Source: a virus (taxonomy: Duplodnaviria > Caudoviricetes). Taken from it: a DNA stretch of 24,652 bases. The DNA is taken from the IMG/VR virus record IMGVR_UViG_3300001450_000286, positions 1-24,652 of that record; one strand, given 5' to 3'. The translations under genes were made by a program, and so were the position numbers. This document shows, piece by piece, positions 8,484-17,684 of this stretch; positions within the stretch are counted from its first letter, which is position 1, and each line of letters begins with the position of its first letter. The notes below the pieces were generated by a model. The model did not search any database. It saw nothing but the letters and a program-made list of their open reading frames with translations, and was not told where the DNA came from.

Positions 8484-8794
8484 TAAATTTTCCTTTTTCG
8501 CAAACCTTCATTAAATGTTCTAAGTATTTCTGATGTTTCCATAGGAATTCTTAGTTGTATACCTCCTTTAACAGCCATTGTACCATGACCTAAGTCATTT
8601 GCTTGTGCTATTATCCACCATAAAGTTACGTCTTTATAAAATTCACTAGCTAATAAATCTAGCCTATCACCTGCTCTAGATTCAACATATAAATCGCTTG
8701 ATCGTCTTTCTATTTTTGGATATAATATAGTACTATAAAATGTTCTACCTGTTATAGGGTCTTTTCTTTTTTTATTTATTTCATGTCTTTTCAT
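8483..8794 (-). CDS. LysM-like baseplate wedge protein (T4 gp53 / P2 gpX-like)
   Basis: 'GDRLDLLASEFYKDVTLWWIIAQAN...GIQLRIP' is the characteristic LysM-type motif of contractile-tail baseplates. Confidence 0.88.
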   Translation of the reverse strand: MKRHEINKKRKDPITGRTFYSTILYPKIERRSSDLYVESRAGDRLDLLASEFYKDVTLWWIIAQANDLGHGTMAVKGGIQLRIPMETSEILRTFNEGLRKRKI

Positions 8795-8803
8795 AACTTA
8801 TTC

Positions 8804-11800
8804 CTAATCTTGTGGGCTATATACTCCAGCTGGAGAAAAGTCTCTAGAAATTGCACCAAAATAATTAGCATCTCTAGAAAATAAAGCTTGAGTTACTGCG
8901 TCATCGCTGTTTTTTGCGTCTGCAAATAATATTTTTCCTCCTATTGACAATTCAAGATGGTGAGGAAGTTGTCTACCATCCGCTAGTTCCCATGGAGATC
9001 CATCACTTGGCTTCATACTAAAACTATCTATAATCATTGGTATAGCAACAAACCAATCTCCTAATGTAAATTTCAACATTGGGGCCTTTGGTAATCCACC
9101 AATGTATTCTGGGGAAATTAATTGGATAAACCTATTTAATCTTTTGTAATTTGCAATTAACTCTTCCCTAGTTCCTGCAGCTATTTTTAAGTCAAAGGAT
9201 ATATCTCTATCCATTGATTGAAATAAATATGTTGGAGTTGTTCTACCAACATACGTAACATCTTGCCAACTAGGATTAACATTATCTGAAAAATTATTTA
9301 GATATGCCCTAAATTGTAAGGTTTCAGCTTCATCATTATCTGGGGATATTGTTTGGAATTTTACTCTAATTAAATCATCAAATTCAGGATTATAGTCTGG
9401 ATTTTCTGCATCAGATAAATCTACAGAGTTATCATGAAGGCCGGTTGATATTGAATTTTCCCAGCTGCTTCTGTCAATTGATGAACCTGCAGGTGAACCG
9501 TCTGATCCGTCACTTAATCTTGTTAGTCTACCATAATCTGCTCCAAATCTTGTTGCTCTATCTAAACCTTGCCAAGGTAACGCATTTGGATCACCATCAT
9601 TTGGTCTTTCAAAATTCTTATTTGTTCCATCTAATAATTCTCTGAAATCCATTAATTTATGGCCAGTTCTATCTACCGGTATTTTGCCGTATATAAGGGT
9701 TTCATATTTTCTTAACGTTGCATCTTGGGAAATTTCACCAGTAGGATCTTCTTCTTCTGTAATTTTAGCATTTTTATCTGGTGAATTAATTTCTTCAAAG
9801 CTTGCCTCATCAAATTTTTGTACTATTGGAGATTGAAAACCTCCTTCAAGGTCTAACATTCCATCAAAAGTAGCTGGACCATTATAATTACCATAAGTTT
9901 GATGTTTGTTGTGTACACCTACATCGTCAAATGCTGTTTCATTATTAATGTAGAAAGTATTAAGATCTGTACCGTCTATAGATCCATCAGGTAATCCTTC
10001 ATTTAATATTGCCAATTTAGATTTAAACGGATTACCTGGGCCGGTGTCGGTCATTCTATCATATGCTAATGAAGGAGCACCTTCTTCTCCAGGAACGTTA
10101 GCTAAAGTACTTAAATTACCACCGTATTGATCGCTATATCTTGTACCATCATCACTTGTATAATATGTTTTAGCTACTGATGGATTTGTATCAACTGCTT
10201 GTCCCATTTCTTGGTTAAATAGGACATCTCGGCCACTTTTTGTTAGCATTTTAGAATCTGAATATGTTCCACCTGTTTCTAAATGTTGGCCAATTCCTAT
10301 TCCTGCAGTAGACCTATATATTGAAGTTCCACCTATACCATATACTGAATGTGGTCCTAGAAAACCTTTATCAGATAATCTAGTTATTTTTACCTTGGTC
10401 ATTCCTCTAAAGGCACCAGGAATATTGTTTGATATAGTACTTCCAATATTTTGACTTATGTCAGTAAAACTACTAAGTAAACTTGCATTTGATTCAGGAC
10501 TATCATCACCAGTCACACCAAATAATCCTGATTTTAAGTCTGTTGCTAAAAATACTAGTCTTGAATTACTTCTAGGACTACCATCACCCATAGGTGTTTC
10601 ATCTGATGGAGCAGACGATGGTACTTTTGAATCTAGTCCGCCAGTATCTATTTTTAAATCTTTTGCAGCTGCTTTACCTACTCCAGCAGAAGCTAATCCA
10701 CCAGCTAGTTCAGCTGAAAAGACATTATCTTCATATCTTGAATTGCCCTTAAGTGTTCCATTTAATGGTCCTAATCCATGTCTTACTAAATGTATACCTA
10801 CTGCATTTGTTAATGTTTGTGCTAAAGTAGATAGCGCTAAAGGGTATACCCTATTAGAACCTAATCCAAGTATATTATCTGTTTGTACCTTTGGGTTTGT
10901 TAATTGTAGTCCAACTTCTTTAAGTATAAATAATAAACCTTTTGGGCTTATTAAAAATTTACCAATTCTGGCTGCGTCAAAAAGAGAACGATTAATTGCA
11001 GTTCCAACCCCACCTCTTATTAAATCTATACCAAACTTTGGACCAGGACCATCACTAAATAAACTCCAATTAGAACCAATATCTCTTAATATAAACGGTT
11101 GATCTGTTGCATTTCCCCAAGAACCAAAGTTTGAAGATTCTTTTCTAAGATCAGTTGTTCCTTTTCCTGGTATTGAAGTGTATAGATTATTAACCTTATC
11201 AGCCCATTTACCTGTTAATTTTATATCACCGCCATTTGCATTATTACTATATCTATGTTGTTTTGCATCTATGTTTGTGTCTAATCCAGGACCTGATCTA
11301 GCCAAAACTGAAAATTCCTGTTGGGATCCGACATTTACAGTAGACATCATTAAACTATTAAAATTATAGCTACCGTTTGGAAAAGTTTGGTCTATTGGAT
11401 AAGTATATTTGTTCCCATTATCTTCTCCTTCTTCCATTCCAATAAAACTACTAACTCCACCCTTATATTGTCCTTTATCATATTTTATAAAACCAGTAGC
11501 TGCCTTGTCTTCAATATTATTTTCTGCTCCAGTTACTTTATCATTATACATTGTTCTTGTCCAAGCGTATGTACTACCCGGGTTATCCGTGTTCATTGAA
11601 AATTGCATAGTTCCTGGAGTACCACTTACACCTGTAAAATCTGATGGACCATAGTGTCCTTTATTTGTAATAAATCCAGACATATCTATATCTGCTATTC
11701 CATTACGTATTTTTAGTTGTGTAGATATTTTTTTGCTTTGAAATTCATCACCAGAAACACCAACAAAATCAGTACCAGGACCAATTTGGTTTGCTGTAAA

Positions 11801-12343
11801 TCCTGTTGCATCTATATCTGGTGAACCATTGTGTATTTTTAAATCTGGTGTAGAAAAACCAGGAATAAAACCAAATGGAGTAGTATCTGTTCCTACAAAT
11901 CCAGGTATAAAACTAAATATTGATACTTCTGGTGTTGTGCCAGGAGGATTGGCCATATTATTAGTTACTGATGGAGCAGTTCCTGGAGGATTACCCATAT
12001 TGTTTGAAACTTCAGGTGCTATAAAGGCTGGACTAAATGAAAATGCAGTTGAATCTATTCCTATTTTAGGAGCAGATACAGGCATAGGGAATACATCAAC
12101 AGATGTTTTTTCTGGTGTAGGAGCAAATGGAGCGGGTCCTTCATTATGTGGTTTTTCAGGGGTTGGACCAAATACATTAACATCATTTACCATTTCAGCT
12201 AATTTTGAAACAGGAGTTTTATCACCTGATACTCCATCTTTACCAACCTTTTCAGCTGGAGATGTTACTGGTTTTATATTAGAAAACTCACTACCATTTT
12301 TAGTATAAAATGTTGCTAAATCTATTGTTTCAAAAGTTGCCAT
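8804..12343 (-). CDS. Large baseplate protein with a C-terminal tail-tube-initiator-like domain (gp48/gp54/gpU-like)
   Basis: Lies between the tape measure and LysM genes. C-terminal 'LQFRAYL..FSD...PSW....YVGR....Y......RDISF.L...P.LKFTLGD......II.S......PWE' fits the tube-like initiator fold. The N-terminus is low-complexity and repetitive. Confidence 0.7.
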   Translation of the reverse strand: MATFETIDLATFYTKNGSEFSNIKPVTSPAEKVGKDGVSGDKTPVSKLAEMVNDVNVFGPTPEKPHNEGPAPFAPTPEKTSVDVFPMPVSAPKIGIDSTAFSFSPAFIAPEVSNNMGNPPGTAPSVTNNMANPPGTTPEVSIFSFIPGFVGTDTTPFGFIPGFSTPDLKIHNGSPDIDATGFTANQIGPGTDFVGVSGDEFQSKKISTQLKIRNGIADIDMSGFITNKGHYGPSDFTGVSGTPGTMQFSMNTDNPGSTYAWTRTMYNDKVTGAENNIEDKAATGFIKYDKGQYKGGVSSFIGMEEGEDNGNKYTYPIDQTFPNGSYNFNSLMMSTVNVGSQQEFSVLARSGPGLDTNIDAKQHRYSNNANGGDIKLTGKWADKVNNLYTSIPGKGTTDLRKESSNFGSWGNATDQPFILRDIGSNWSLFSDGPGPKFGIDLIRGGVGTAINRSLFDAARIGKFLISPKGLLFILKEVGLQLTNPKVQTDNILGLGSNRVYPLALSTLAQTLTNAVGIHLVRHGLGPLNGTLKGNSRYEDNVFSAELAGGLASAGVGKAAAKDLKIDTGGLDSKVPSSAPSDETPMGDGSPRSNSRLVFLATDLKSGLFGVTGDDSPESNASLLSSFTDISQNIGSTISNNIPGAFRGMTKVKITRLSDKGFLGPHSVYGIGGTSIYRSTAGIGIGQHLETGGTYSDSKMLTKSGRDVLFNQEMGQAVDTNPSVAKTYYTSDDGTRYSDQYGGNLSTLANVPGEEGAPSLAYDRMTDTGPGNPFKSKLAILNEGLPDGSIDGTDLNTFYINNETAFDDVGVHNKHQTYGNYNGPATFDGMLDLEGGFQSPIVQKFDEASFEEINSPDKNAKITEEEDPTGEISQDATLRKYETLIYGKIPVDRTGHKLMDFRELLDGTNKNFERPNDGDPNALPWQGLDRATRFGADYGRLTRLSDGSDGSPAGSSIDRSSWENSISTGLHDNSVDLSDAENPDYNPEFDDLIRVKFQTISPDNDEAETLQFRAYLNNFSDNVNPSWQDVTYVGRTTPTYLFQSMDRDISFDLKIAAGTREELIANYKRLNRFIQLISPEYIGGLPKAPMLKFTLGDWFVAIPMIIDSFSMKPSDGSPWELADGRQLPHHLELSIGGKILFADAKNSDDAVTQALFSRDANYFGAISRDFSPAGVYSPQD
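11921..12016 (-). repeat. Coding tandem repeat, 14-aa (42-nt) period: PEVSNNMGNPPGTA / PSVTNNMANPPGTT / PEVS
   Basis: Visible in the translation. Confidence 0.8.
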
Positions 12344-12344
12344 A

Positions 12345-15300
12345 TTATGCTCCTACTGGTCCTTGGGCTAAATTAAGTACTTCTCCAACCTTTCTTCCGT
12401 CCATATTTATTACTCCACCTTTACCTATTATTGTAATTAGTTCATCTATTTTTGCCTCTAATGCAGTGGTATCTATTTTTTGAGGTTTAGATGATGCTTC
12501 ATCAGTATCACCATCACTTCCACCAAACATTCCAGTTAATCCTGCAATTGCAAGGGCTGGTGCAGCTATTGTTAGCATAGCCAATGTACCTTTAAAATCA
12601 GATACGTCTGCTAATCCTTCAGCAATTGAACTAAGTCCTGCTCCAACTTGTGCTAATCCTGAAGCAGTTCCAACTAGCATTGTTAAACTAGTTGCCATCA
12701 TTCCAATACCAACAGCGGCAAACATTGCGGCTGCTCCAAATCCTAAAGTTGGAAACATTGCGACTGCAAATGATCCAGCTAAAGCATATAAAGAAGCACT
12801 TAACATAAATATTGCACCAAACTGAGCAGCCATTTGTAAAAGAGGAGCAGCAACCCTTTCCAGTCCTATACCTAAAGTAATTGACGCTTGTCCTAGTAAT
12901 TCTACGGCTGGCGCTGTAAAATACGCAGCTACACCAAACAAGTATAATGGAATTGCCGCGAGAGCAGTTGTTAAAGCTAGTACACCAATTGCTTGACCTA
13001 AATACATTATCTGAGGACCGTATGGTGCCATTAATATTAATGGTGGAGCCATATCAATCATCGCTTGTGCAACTATTGGTAAACCATCTATATATGGATA
13101 TAATATAGACATTGACATTGCAAATGGAGCTAATCCTATACCTATTGCATAAAAACCTTCTCCCATTACTTGGAATGTTTCAGCTATTGGAGCCATCATT
13201 AATAGAGCTGGAGCCATAGTCACTAAACCAGCAGCCATAATAGGTATTAATGGTACAAATTCTGCTAACATCATCATTCCAAATGCAAAAGGAATAAGGG
13301 CGTAACCTAATGCTGCAAGCGCCATTGAAGATATAAGTAATCCTTCTCCTACTGCAGATAATGCTACTAGTGGAGGAGACATTATTGCAAATCCTTCAGC
13401 TAACATTGGTAATAATGGAATATATTCTGCCATTATAGCTAATGCTAAAGCGAAAGGCAACATTCCTAGTCCAACAGCAGTAACTCCAGCTCCTGCAAGT
13501 ATTAAACCTTCTCCAACCCCAGCTAATTGAACTAGTGGACCTAAAGCAGGCGCCATATCTCCTAGAGCCTCTCCTAAACCTTGTAATTTTTCAATTGTAC
13601 CTTTACCAACCATAAACATAGCTATTGCTAAGAATGGAAGAGCAGCTGCTAAAGCTAATATACCTACACCAGCCTGAAGTAGTCCTGGTCCTGATGCAGC
13701 TAATGCTTGAGATGCAATTCCTATACCAGTTAATGTTTCAACTCCACCTGCTGCACTAAACATTAATGCTCCAACTGCTGCAATTGCTAAACCAGCTCCT
13801 AATATTGGAAGAGCCATACCCATTAAATACATTGCAGGAATTGCTGGATACATCATCATCATTCCTACCGCTAGTTGAGGTAGCATTGGTATCAATAGCA
13901 TAAAATTAGGTATTGCTTCACTTACTATTTTTAATGCATAAGCCAATACTAACATAGCTGCTGCGACGATTAACATTGCGGCTGCTCCCGCTATGATTGC
14001 TAAAGCCCCTACACCTGACATCATAATCATACCTAGTAGTGCTACTGCTCCAACTAATGCTAACATTGATACAACAGCCATTCCAACAGCTTCCCAACTT
14101 ACACCCATAAATTCTTGTACAGCTTTGGCAAATACATATACTGCTGCCGCTACCAATACCATTGCAGCTGCTCCTTTTACAACATCAGACATTTTTATTT
14201 TACCCATGGATTTCATCATTTTGTTAGCGCCTTCGCCTCCTTTAGCATCTACTTTAGGCAAATCTGTAGGAGCTTTACTTTTTGGTATTAATGATTCCTT
14301 AATATCTCCACCAGGGCCTTTATCTCCGCCTCCAAATCCTAATTTGCTCATCGCGCCTTTACCAAGTTTTCCTACAAAACCTAATACACCTTTAAGTTCT
14401 GATTTCCAATTTCCCATACCAGCAACAATTGCAACTACTGATTCTGCGTTTTCTCCAAGTAGCATTCCTGCTCTTGCCAATAAACCTTCTTGTTGTTCTT
14501 GTATTTCGCCTGTTTCTTTATAGTGTTCTAGACCAGCTTCGGATAAATCATTTAATTTATCTTGGTTACCCATTATGTTTGTAATTTCCCCAACAGACAT
14601 ATTCATTGCGTCGGCAAGGGCTTGTTGCTGTATAACATTCATGCTTTGGAATTCTTCTAAAGAGCCAACCTGTTGTGTTAATTGTTTTGTAACTTCTAAA
14701 TGGTCTCCTCTAAGAGCTGCTTCTCTGGCTGCGTTTAGGTTTAATTCTCTACCTATAAGTACACTTGCCTCCATTTCTGCTTCAATGGACGTTTCAATAT
14801 CAAGTAATCCTTTTCCTGCCTCTACAATAGAACTAAATTCTACACCAAGTTTTTTAGCTGCAATTGCCGCTTTTGCTACATTTTCAAATCCTTTTTTACC
14901 AAATCTAGCAAATTCTTCAGAATTATCTGCCATAATACCTAGTAATTTTCCAGGAGCCAGTCCATTAGCTTTCGCTAGGGCTATTGCCGAGCTTTGTAGG
15001 TTTGTAGCTAGTTTTTCACTACCACCACTCATCATCATTAAGTCTTTTCTAAATTGAGCAGCACTGTCTGCACCCATACCAAATCTTTCAGCTAACAATG
15101 TTGTCTGTTTAACATTTTCCATTGTCAAGTCTTTCATTGACATACCAGTATCAAGCATTGCTTTTTGAGAAGATGCTATATGTTCTTGCTCTATACCCAT
15201 ACCAGCCATTGTTACGTTTAGAACCTTAGCTTGGCCAACCATCTTAGCTGAGTTTGTAAGACTTACTCCTGTAGAGTTTGCAAACTCTCTCATATCTCTA

Positions 15301-16172
15301 GTAAATTGACCTATTTGGTTTGCTATAAATGCAAATGCCAATTGGCCATTGCTAAATATGCCAATATATTTTGCTGCTGTTTCTTTAAGGCCATCTAGGA
15401 GTTCTTGTTGTTCCTGAAATAGTTTTGTTTGTTCTTCAAGTACTTGCCTAGTTTCAATACCAGCAATATTTTTCTCAGACATTAATTCGTTCATTTCTTT
15501 GGCTGAGTCTACTTGTTCGACAAAAAGATTATTCATGTCTTTAAGTTCTTGTGATTGTTCCATTTGTTTTGCTAGTATATCTGCTTGGCTAGCCCCAGAA
15601 GCAGTTAATGCTTCAACTTCATCACTATGGGAAAGTGCCATGCTTTCTAAAATTGTATCTTGTGAGCCCATTAAAGATCCAATATCTATATTTGCAGATT
15701 TTACTTCTTCTAACATACCAATATCTAGAGCTATAGTTTCAGTTAGTGCTGTACCTATTGCTAAGTTTCCACTTGCCAATGCATTTTTTGCAGCCATTAC
15801 TGCATTTTGTTCTATTGCAAACTTTTTGAGAGCCATAGCTCCCATAATATCTTTTTCTTGGGCTGCTGCATGGTCACCCATTAATTTTGATAAGTTTTGT
15901 TGTTCTCTATTTAAGTCTCTAGCAAAATCAGAGGCTGTTGAATAATTATCAGCTAATTCTGCAGATTTTTCTGCTATTGAGTCTAATCTTGATTGAGCAG
16001 CGTCTAGGTGTTTTTTATAGTCTTTAGCGGCCTTTGATCTTTTGTCAGCAAACTTAGCATACTTTTGACTCATAGTATCAACCTGTTTACTTGCTGATAC
16101 TAAGAGCTTATTTTGCTTATTTAACTCTACATTGAGTTGAGACTGATCTTTTGCTGAAAACTTTTTGGCCAT
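12345..16172 (-). CDS. Tail tape measure protein (1275 aa)
   Basis: Position after tube and chaperone. Coiled-coil N-terminus, 'LLDIETSIEAEMEASVLIGRELNLNAAREAAL' core, long Ala/Gly/Leu/Met-rich helical repeats, and C-terminal 'INMDGRKVG'. Confidence 0.92.
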   Translation of the reverse strand: MAKKFSAKDQSQLNVELNKQNKLLVSASKQVDTMSQKYAKFADKRSKAAKDYKKHLDAAQSRLDSIAEKSAELADNYSTASDFARDLNREQQNLSKLMGDHAAAQEKDIMGAMALKKFAIEQNAVMAAKNALASGNLAIGTALTETIALDIGMLEEVKSANIDIGSLMGSQDTILESMALSHSDEVEALTASGASQADILAKQMEQSQELKDMNNLFVEQVDSAKEMNELMSEKNIAGIETRQVLEEQTKLFQEQQELLDGLKETAAKYIGIFSNGQLAFAFIANQIGQFTRDMREFANSTGVSLTNSAKMVGQAKVLNVTMAGMGIEQEHIASSQKAMLDTGMSMKDLTMENVKQTTLLAERFGMGADSAAQFRKDLMMMSGGSEKLATNLQSSAIALAKANGLAPGKLLGIMADNSEEFARFGKKGFENVAKAAIAAKKLGVEFSSIVEAGKGLLDIETSIEAEMEASVLIGRELNLNAAREAALRGDHLEVTKQLTQQVGSLEEFQSMNVIQQQALADAMNMSVGEITNIMGNQDKLNDLSEAGLEHYKETGEIQEQQEGLLARAGMLLGENAESVVAIVAGMGNWKSELKGVLGFVGKLGKGAMSKLGFGGGDKGPGGDIKESLIPKSKAPTDLPKVDAKGGEGANKMMKSMGKIKMSDVVKGAAAMVLVAAAVYVFAKAVQEFMGVSWEAVGMAVVSMLALVGAVALLGMIMMSGVGALAIIAGAAAMLIVAAAMLVLAYALKIVSEAIPNFMLLIPMLPQLAVGMMMMYPAIPAMYLMGMALPILGAGLAIAAVGALMFSAAGGVETLTGIGIASQALAASGPGLLQAGVGILALAAALPFLAIAMFMVGKGTIEKLQGLGEALGDMAPALGPLVQLAGVGEGLILAGAGVTAVGLGMLPFALALAIMAEYIPLLPMLAEGFAIMSPPLVALSAVGEGLLISSMALAALGYALIPFAFGMMMLAEFVPLIPIMAAGLVTMAPALLMMAPIAETFQVMGEGFYAIGIGLAPFAMSMSILYPYIDGLPIVAQAMIDMAPPLILMAPYGPQIMYLGQAIGVLALTTALAAIPLYLFGVAAYFTAPAVELLGQASITLGIGLERVAAPLLQMAAQFGAIFMLSASLYALAGSFAVAMFPTLGFGAAAMFAAVGIGMMATSLTMLVGTASGLAQVGAGLSSIAEGLADVSDFKGTLAMLTIAAPALAIAGLTGMFGGSDGDTDEASSKPQKIDTTALEAKIDELITIIGKGGVINMDGRKVGEVLNLAQGPVGA
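12978..13472 (-). repeat. Three tandem 55-aa (165-nt) repeats within the tape measure protein
   Basis: GLGMLPFALA..., GYALIPFAFG... and GIGLAPFAMS... begin exactly 55 residues apart, with aligned PFA, (L/I)P and M(S/A)P positions. Confidence 0.75.
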
Positions 16173-16187
16173 TGGTTATTTCTTCTA

Positions 16188-16430
16188 CTAACTATATTTT
16201 TTAGCTAATTTTTTCCAACTGGAATTATACTTATCTCTTTCAGGAGTTTCTGCATTCATTAAATCCTGTATTTCTGGAGTAGATAAAAGTTTTTTTATTG
16301 CCCTTTTTTTGGCTGCTGATCCTAGGTTATCTAGTATATTATGTAGGAATTTTACTAAAACATTGTCTTCTTTTAAAACGTGTTTTAGTTCTTCTCTAAC
16401 TAGTTTTCTTACTTGTGTTTCTTTTGACAT
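16188..16430 (-). CDS. Hypothetical 80-aa protein
   Basis: AGGAG RBS and ATATTTATA motif upstream. N-terminal 'VRKLVREELKHVLKE' helix. Confidence 0.8.
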   Translation of the reverse strand: MSKETQVRKLVREELKHVLKEDNVLVKFLHNILDNLGSAAKKRAIKKLLSTPEIQDLMNAETPERDKYNSSWKKLAKKYS

Positions 16431-16462
16431 GTGTTATCTCCTAATGTTCATATTATTACGTA

Positions 16463-16471
16463 TATAAATAT
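16463..16471 (-). promoter_or_regulatory. ATATTTATA upstream motif (heads the tape measure/baseplate operon)
   Basis: About 33 nt upstream of ATG at 16430. Confidence 0.6.
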
Positions 16472-16489
16472 CAGAAGATAAAGGTTTTA

Positions 16490-16705
16490 TTAACGTCTTC
16501 TAGAGGGTTTTGCATTACTTTTTGATTTAGCCTTATCCATTTCTTCTTTTTCAGCCTTTTTAGCTTCTACAAGTTTTTGATAGTTAAATCGTCTAAGATG
16601 TACAGGCATTTCATAAAGCACATCCCAGGGAAAACCCCCTTGTGAGTGGTAAGCTATATCAAATAACTGTTGGTGCAGAATGGGCCTATAGTTAGGCCCT
16701 AGGCC
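16490..16705 (-). CDS. Frameshift extension of the tail assembly chaperone (gpGT / gpE+E'-like), 71 aa
   Basis: Open +1 frame GLGPNYRPILHQQLFDIAYHSQGGFPWDVLYEMPVHLRRFNYQKLVEAKKAEKEE...RRR* begins right after the T7 run. First ATG only at codon 33. Fills the otherwise empty gap. Confidence 0.8.
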   Translation of the reverse strand, partial: GLGPNYRPILHQQLFDIAYHSQGGFPWDVLYEMPVHLRRFNYQKLVEAKKAEKEEMDKAKSKSNAKPSRRR

Positions 16706-16712
16706 AAAAAAA
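16682..16712 (-). other. Putative programmed frameshift signal: U7 run, 6-nt spacer, 7-bp hairpin (GGGCCUA-acua-UAGGCCC)
   Basis: Sense sequence CAG TTT TTT TGG CCT AGG GCC TAA CTA TAG GCC C. Perfect GC-rich stem in an AT-rich genome. Confidence 0.75.
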
Positions 16713-17564
16713 CTGGACGGTCATTGGGAGTTGCACGTCGTGCTCCTCTCCAGTATTTTCATCATAGTATGTATGTGTTAGGTCAATATCAGGAGATATT
16801 TCATTCATATATTCCCTAAATGCTAGTGAATCTCTAGATAAAAATTCATCATCAACAAATTTACCAATAGTTACCCTATCATGTTCTCCATCTACAGAGA
16901 CAAGCATAAATTTAAGCCTAGTACTTAGCTCGGGACTAACACCAGTTATTCTTTTTCTCATTTTTTTGTTGGCTTTAATTTCATTTTGAATTTTCTTTTC
17001 ATCTCCATGAGTAAGAAGTTTAAACTCTATAGTTCTTTTTGATGCTGGTAGTTTAAATGAAAATAAGTTTTCGCCTTCAGTAAATATTGCTGGATCAAAT
17101 TCTTTTAAGTCAAACTGTGTTAAATCTATAACTTCTGTTTGTTTGTCTCCAGATGTTGGACTAGTTAATTCAACCTCATAGTCTTTACCATATGCTAAAA
17201 CTCGAGCTGCAATCATTATTGCATTTTTATCACCAACAAGTAAATCATCATAATTTATTGGACTAACAATAAGATTTTTTAATAATACATCAATAACTGT
17301 ACCATTTTTTATTAGGTTTTGAGAAGTCAAAATATCTTCTTCTTTTGCAGTCATATATTTTACTTCAATTGTTCCAGAAGATAATGGACTACCCTTAGGA
17401 TATAATAATCCCTTTGATGGTAAATCTATTGTTTCTGTTGGAAACTTTAATTCCTTTACTGCTTGTTTAAGTTCTGGGGCAGCCTGTTGTATTACTTGAT
17501 TTTTTAATTCTTGGTCCGAGAGTCTATTTTCTCCTGGATAGTCTGAGTCTACTACTTTTGACAT
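16692..17564 (-). CDS. Tail/baseplate assembly chaperone (T4 gp26-like; positional equivalent of lambda gpG)
   Basis: Between tube and tape measure genes. 'IDLPSKG..Y...IEVKYMTAKEEDIL', a second 'FKLPASKRTIEFKLLTHGDE' module, and terminal 'FFWP'. AGGAG RBS. Confidence 0.8.
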   Translation of the reverse strand: MSKVVDSDYPGENRLSDQELKNQVIQQAAPELKQAVKELKFPTETIDLPSKGLLYPKGSPLSSGTIEVKYMTAKEEDILTSQNLIKNGTVIDVLLKNLIVSPINYDDLLVGDKNAIMIAARVLAYGKDYEVELTSPTSGDKQTEVIDLTQFDLKEFDPAIFTEGENLFSFKLPASKRTIEFKLLTHGDEKKIQNEIKANKKMRKRITGVSPELSTRLKFMLVSVDGEHDRVTIGKFVDDEFLSRDSLAFREYMNEISPDIDLTHTYYDENTGEEHDVQLPMTVQFFWPRA

Positions 17565-17599
17565 AACTGTATCTCCTATTGCTTTTTGTTCATAACGTA

Positions 17600-17608
17600 T
17601 ATAAATAT
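17600..17608 (-). promoter_or_regulatory. ATATTTATA upstream motif
   Basis: Just downstream of a terminator; about 36 nt upstream of ATG at 17564. Confidence 0.6.
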
Positions 17609-17629
17609 ATATTCCCGCAAAAAATAAAC

Positions 17630-17660
17630 AAAAAAAGACCCAAACATTTGTCTGGGCCTT
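17630..17660 (-). terminator. Intrinsic terminator after the tail tube gene
   Basis: AAGGCCCAGAC-AAAT-GTTTGGGTCTT followed by a T-tract. The stem is fully paired (two G-U pairs) only on the minus strand. Confidence 0.88.
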
Positions 17661-17684
17661 AATTTATATGTTAAATATGATATA

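Noticed and set aside
16699-16712. Canonical -1 frameshift at the T7 run
   Set aside because: The -1 frame reaches TAG within three codons; only the +1/-2 frame is open.
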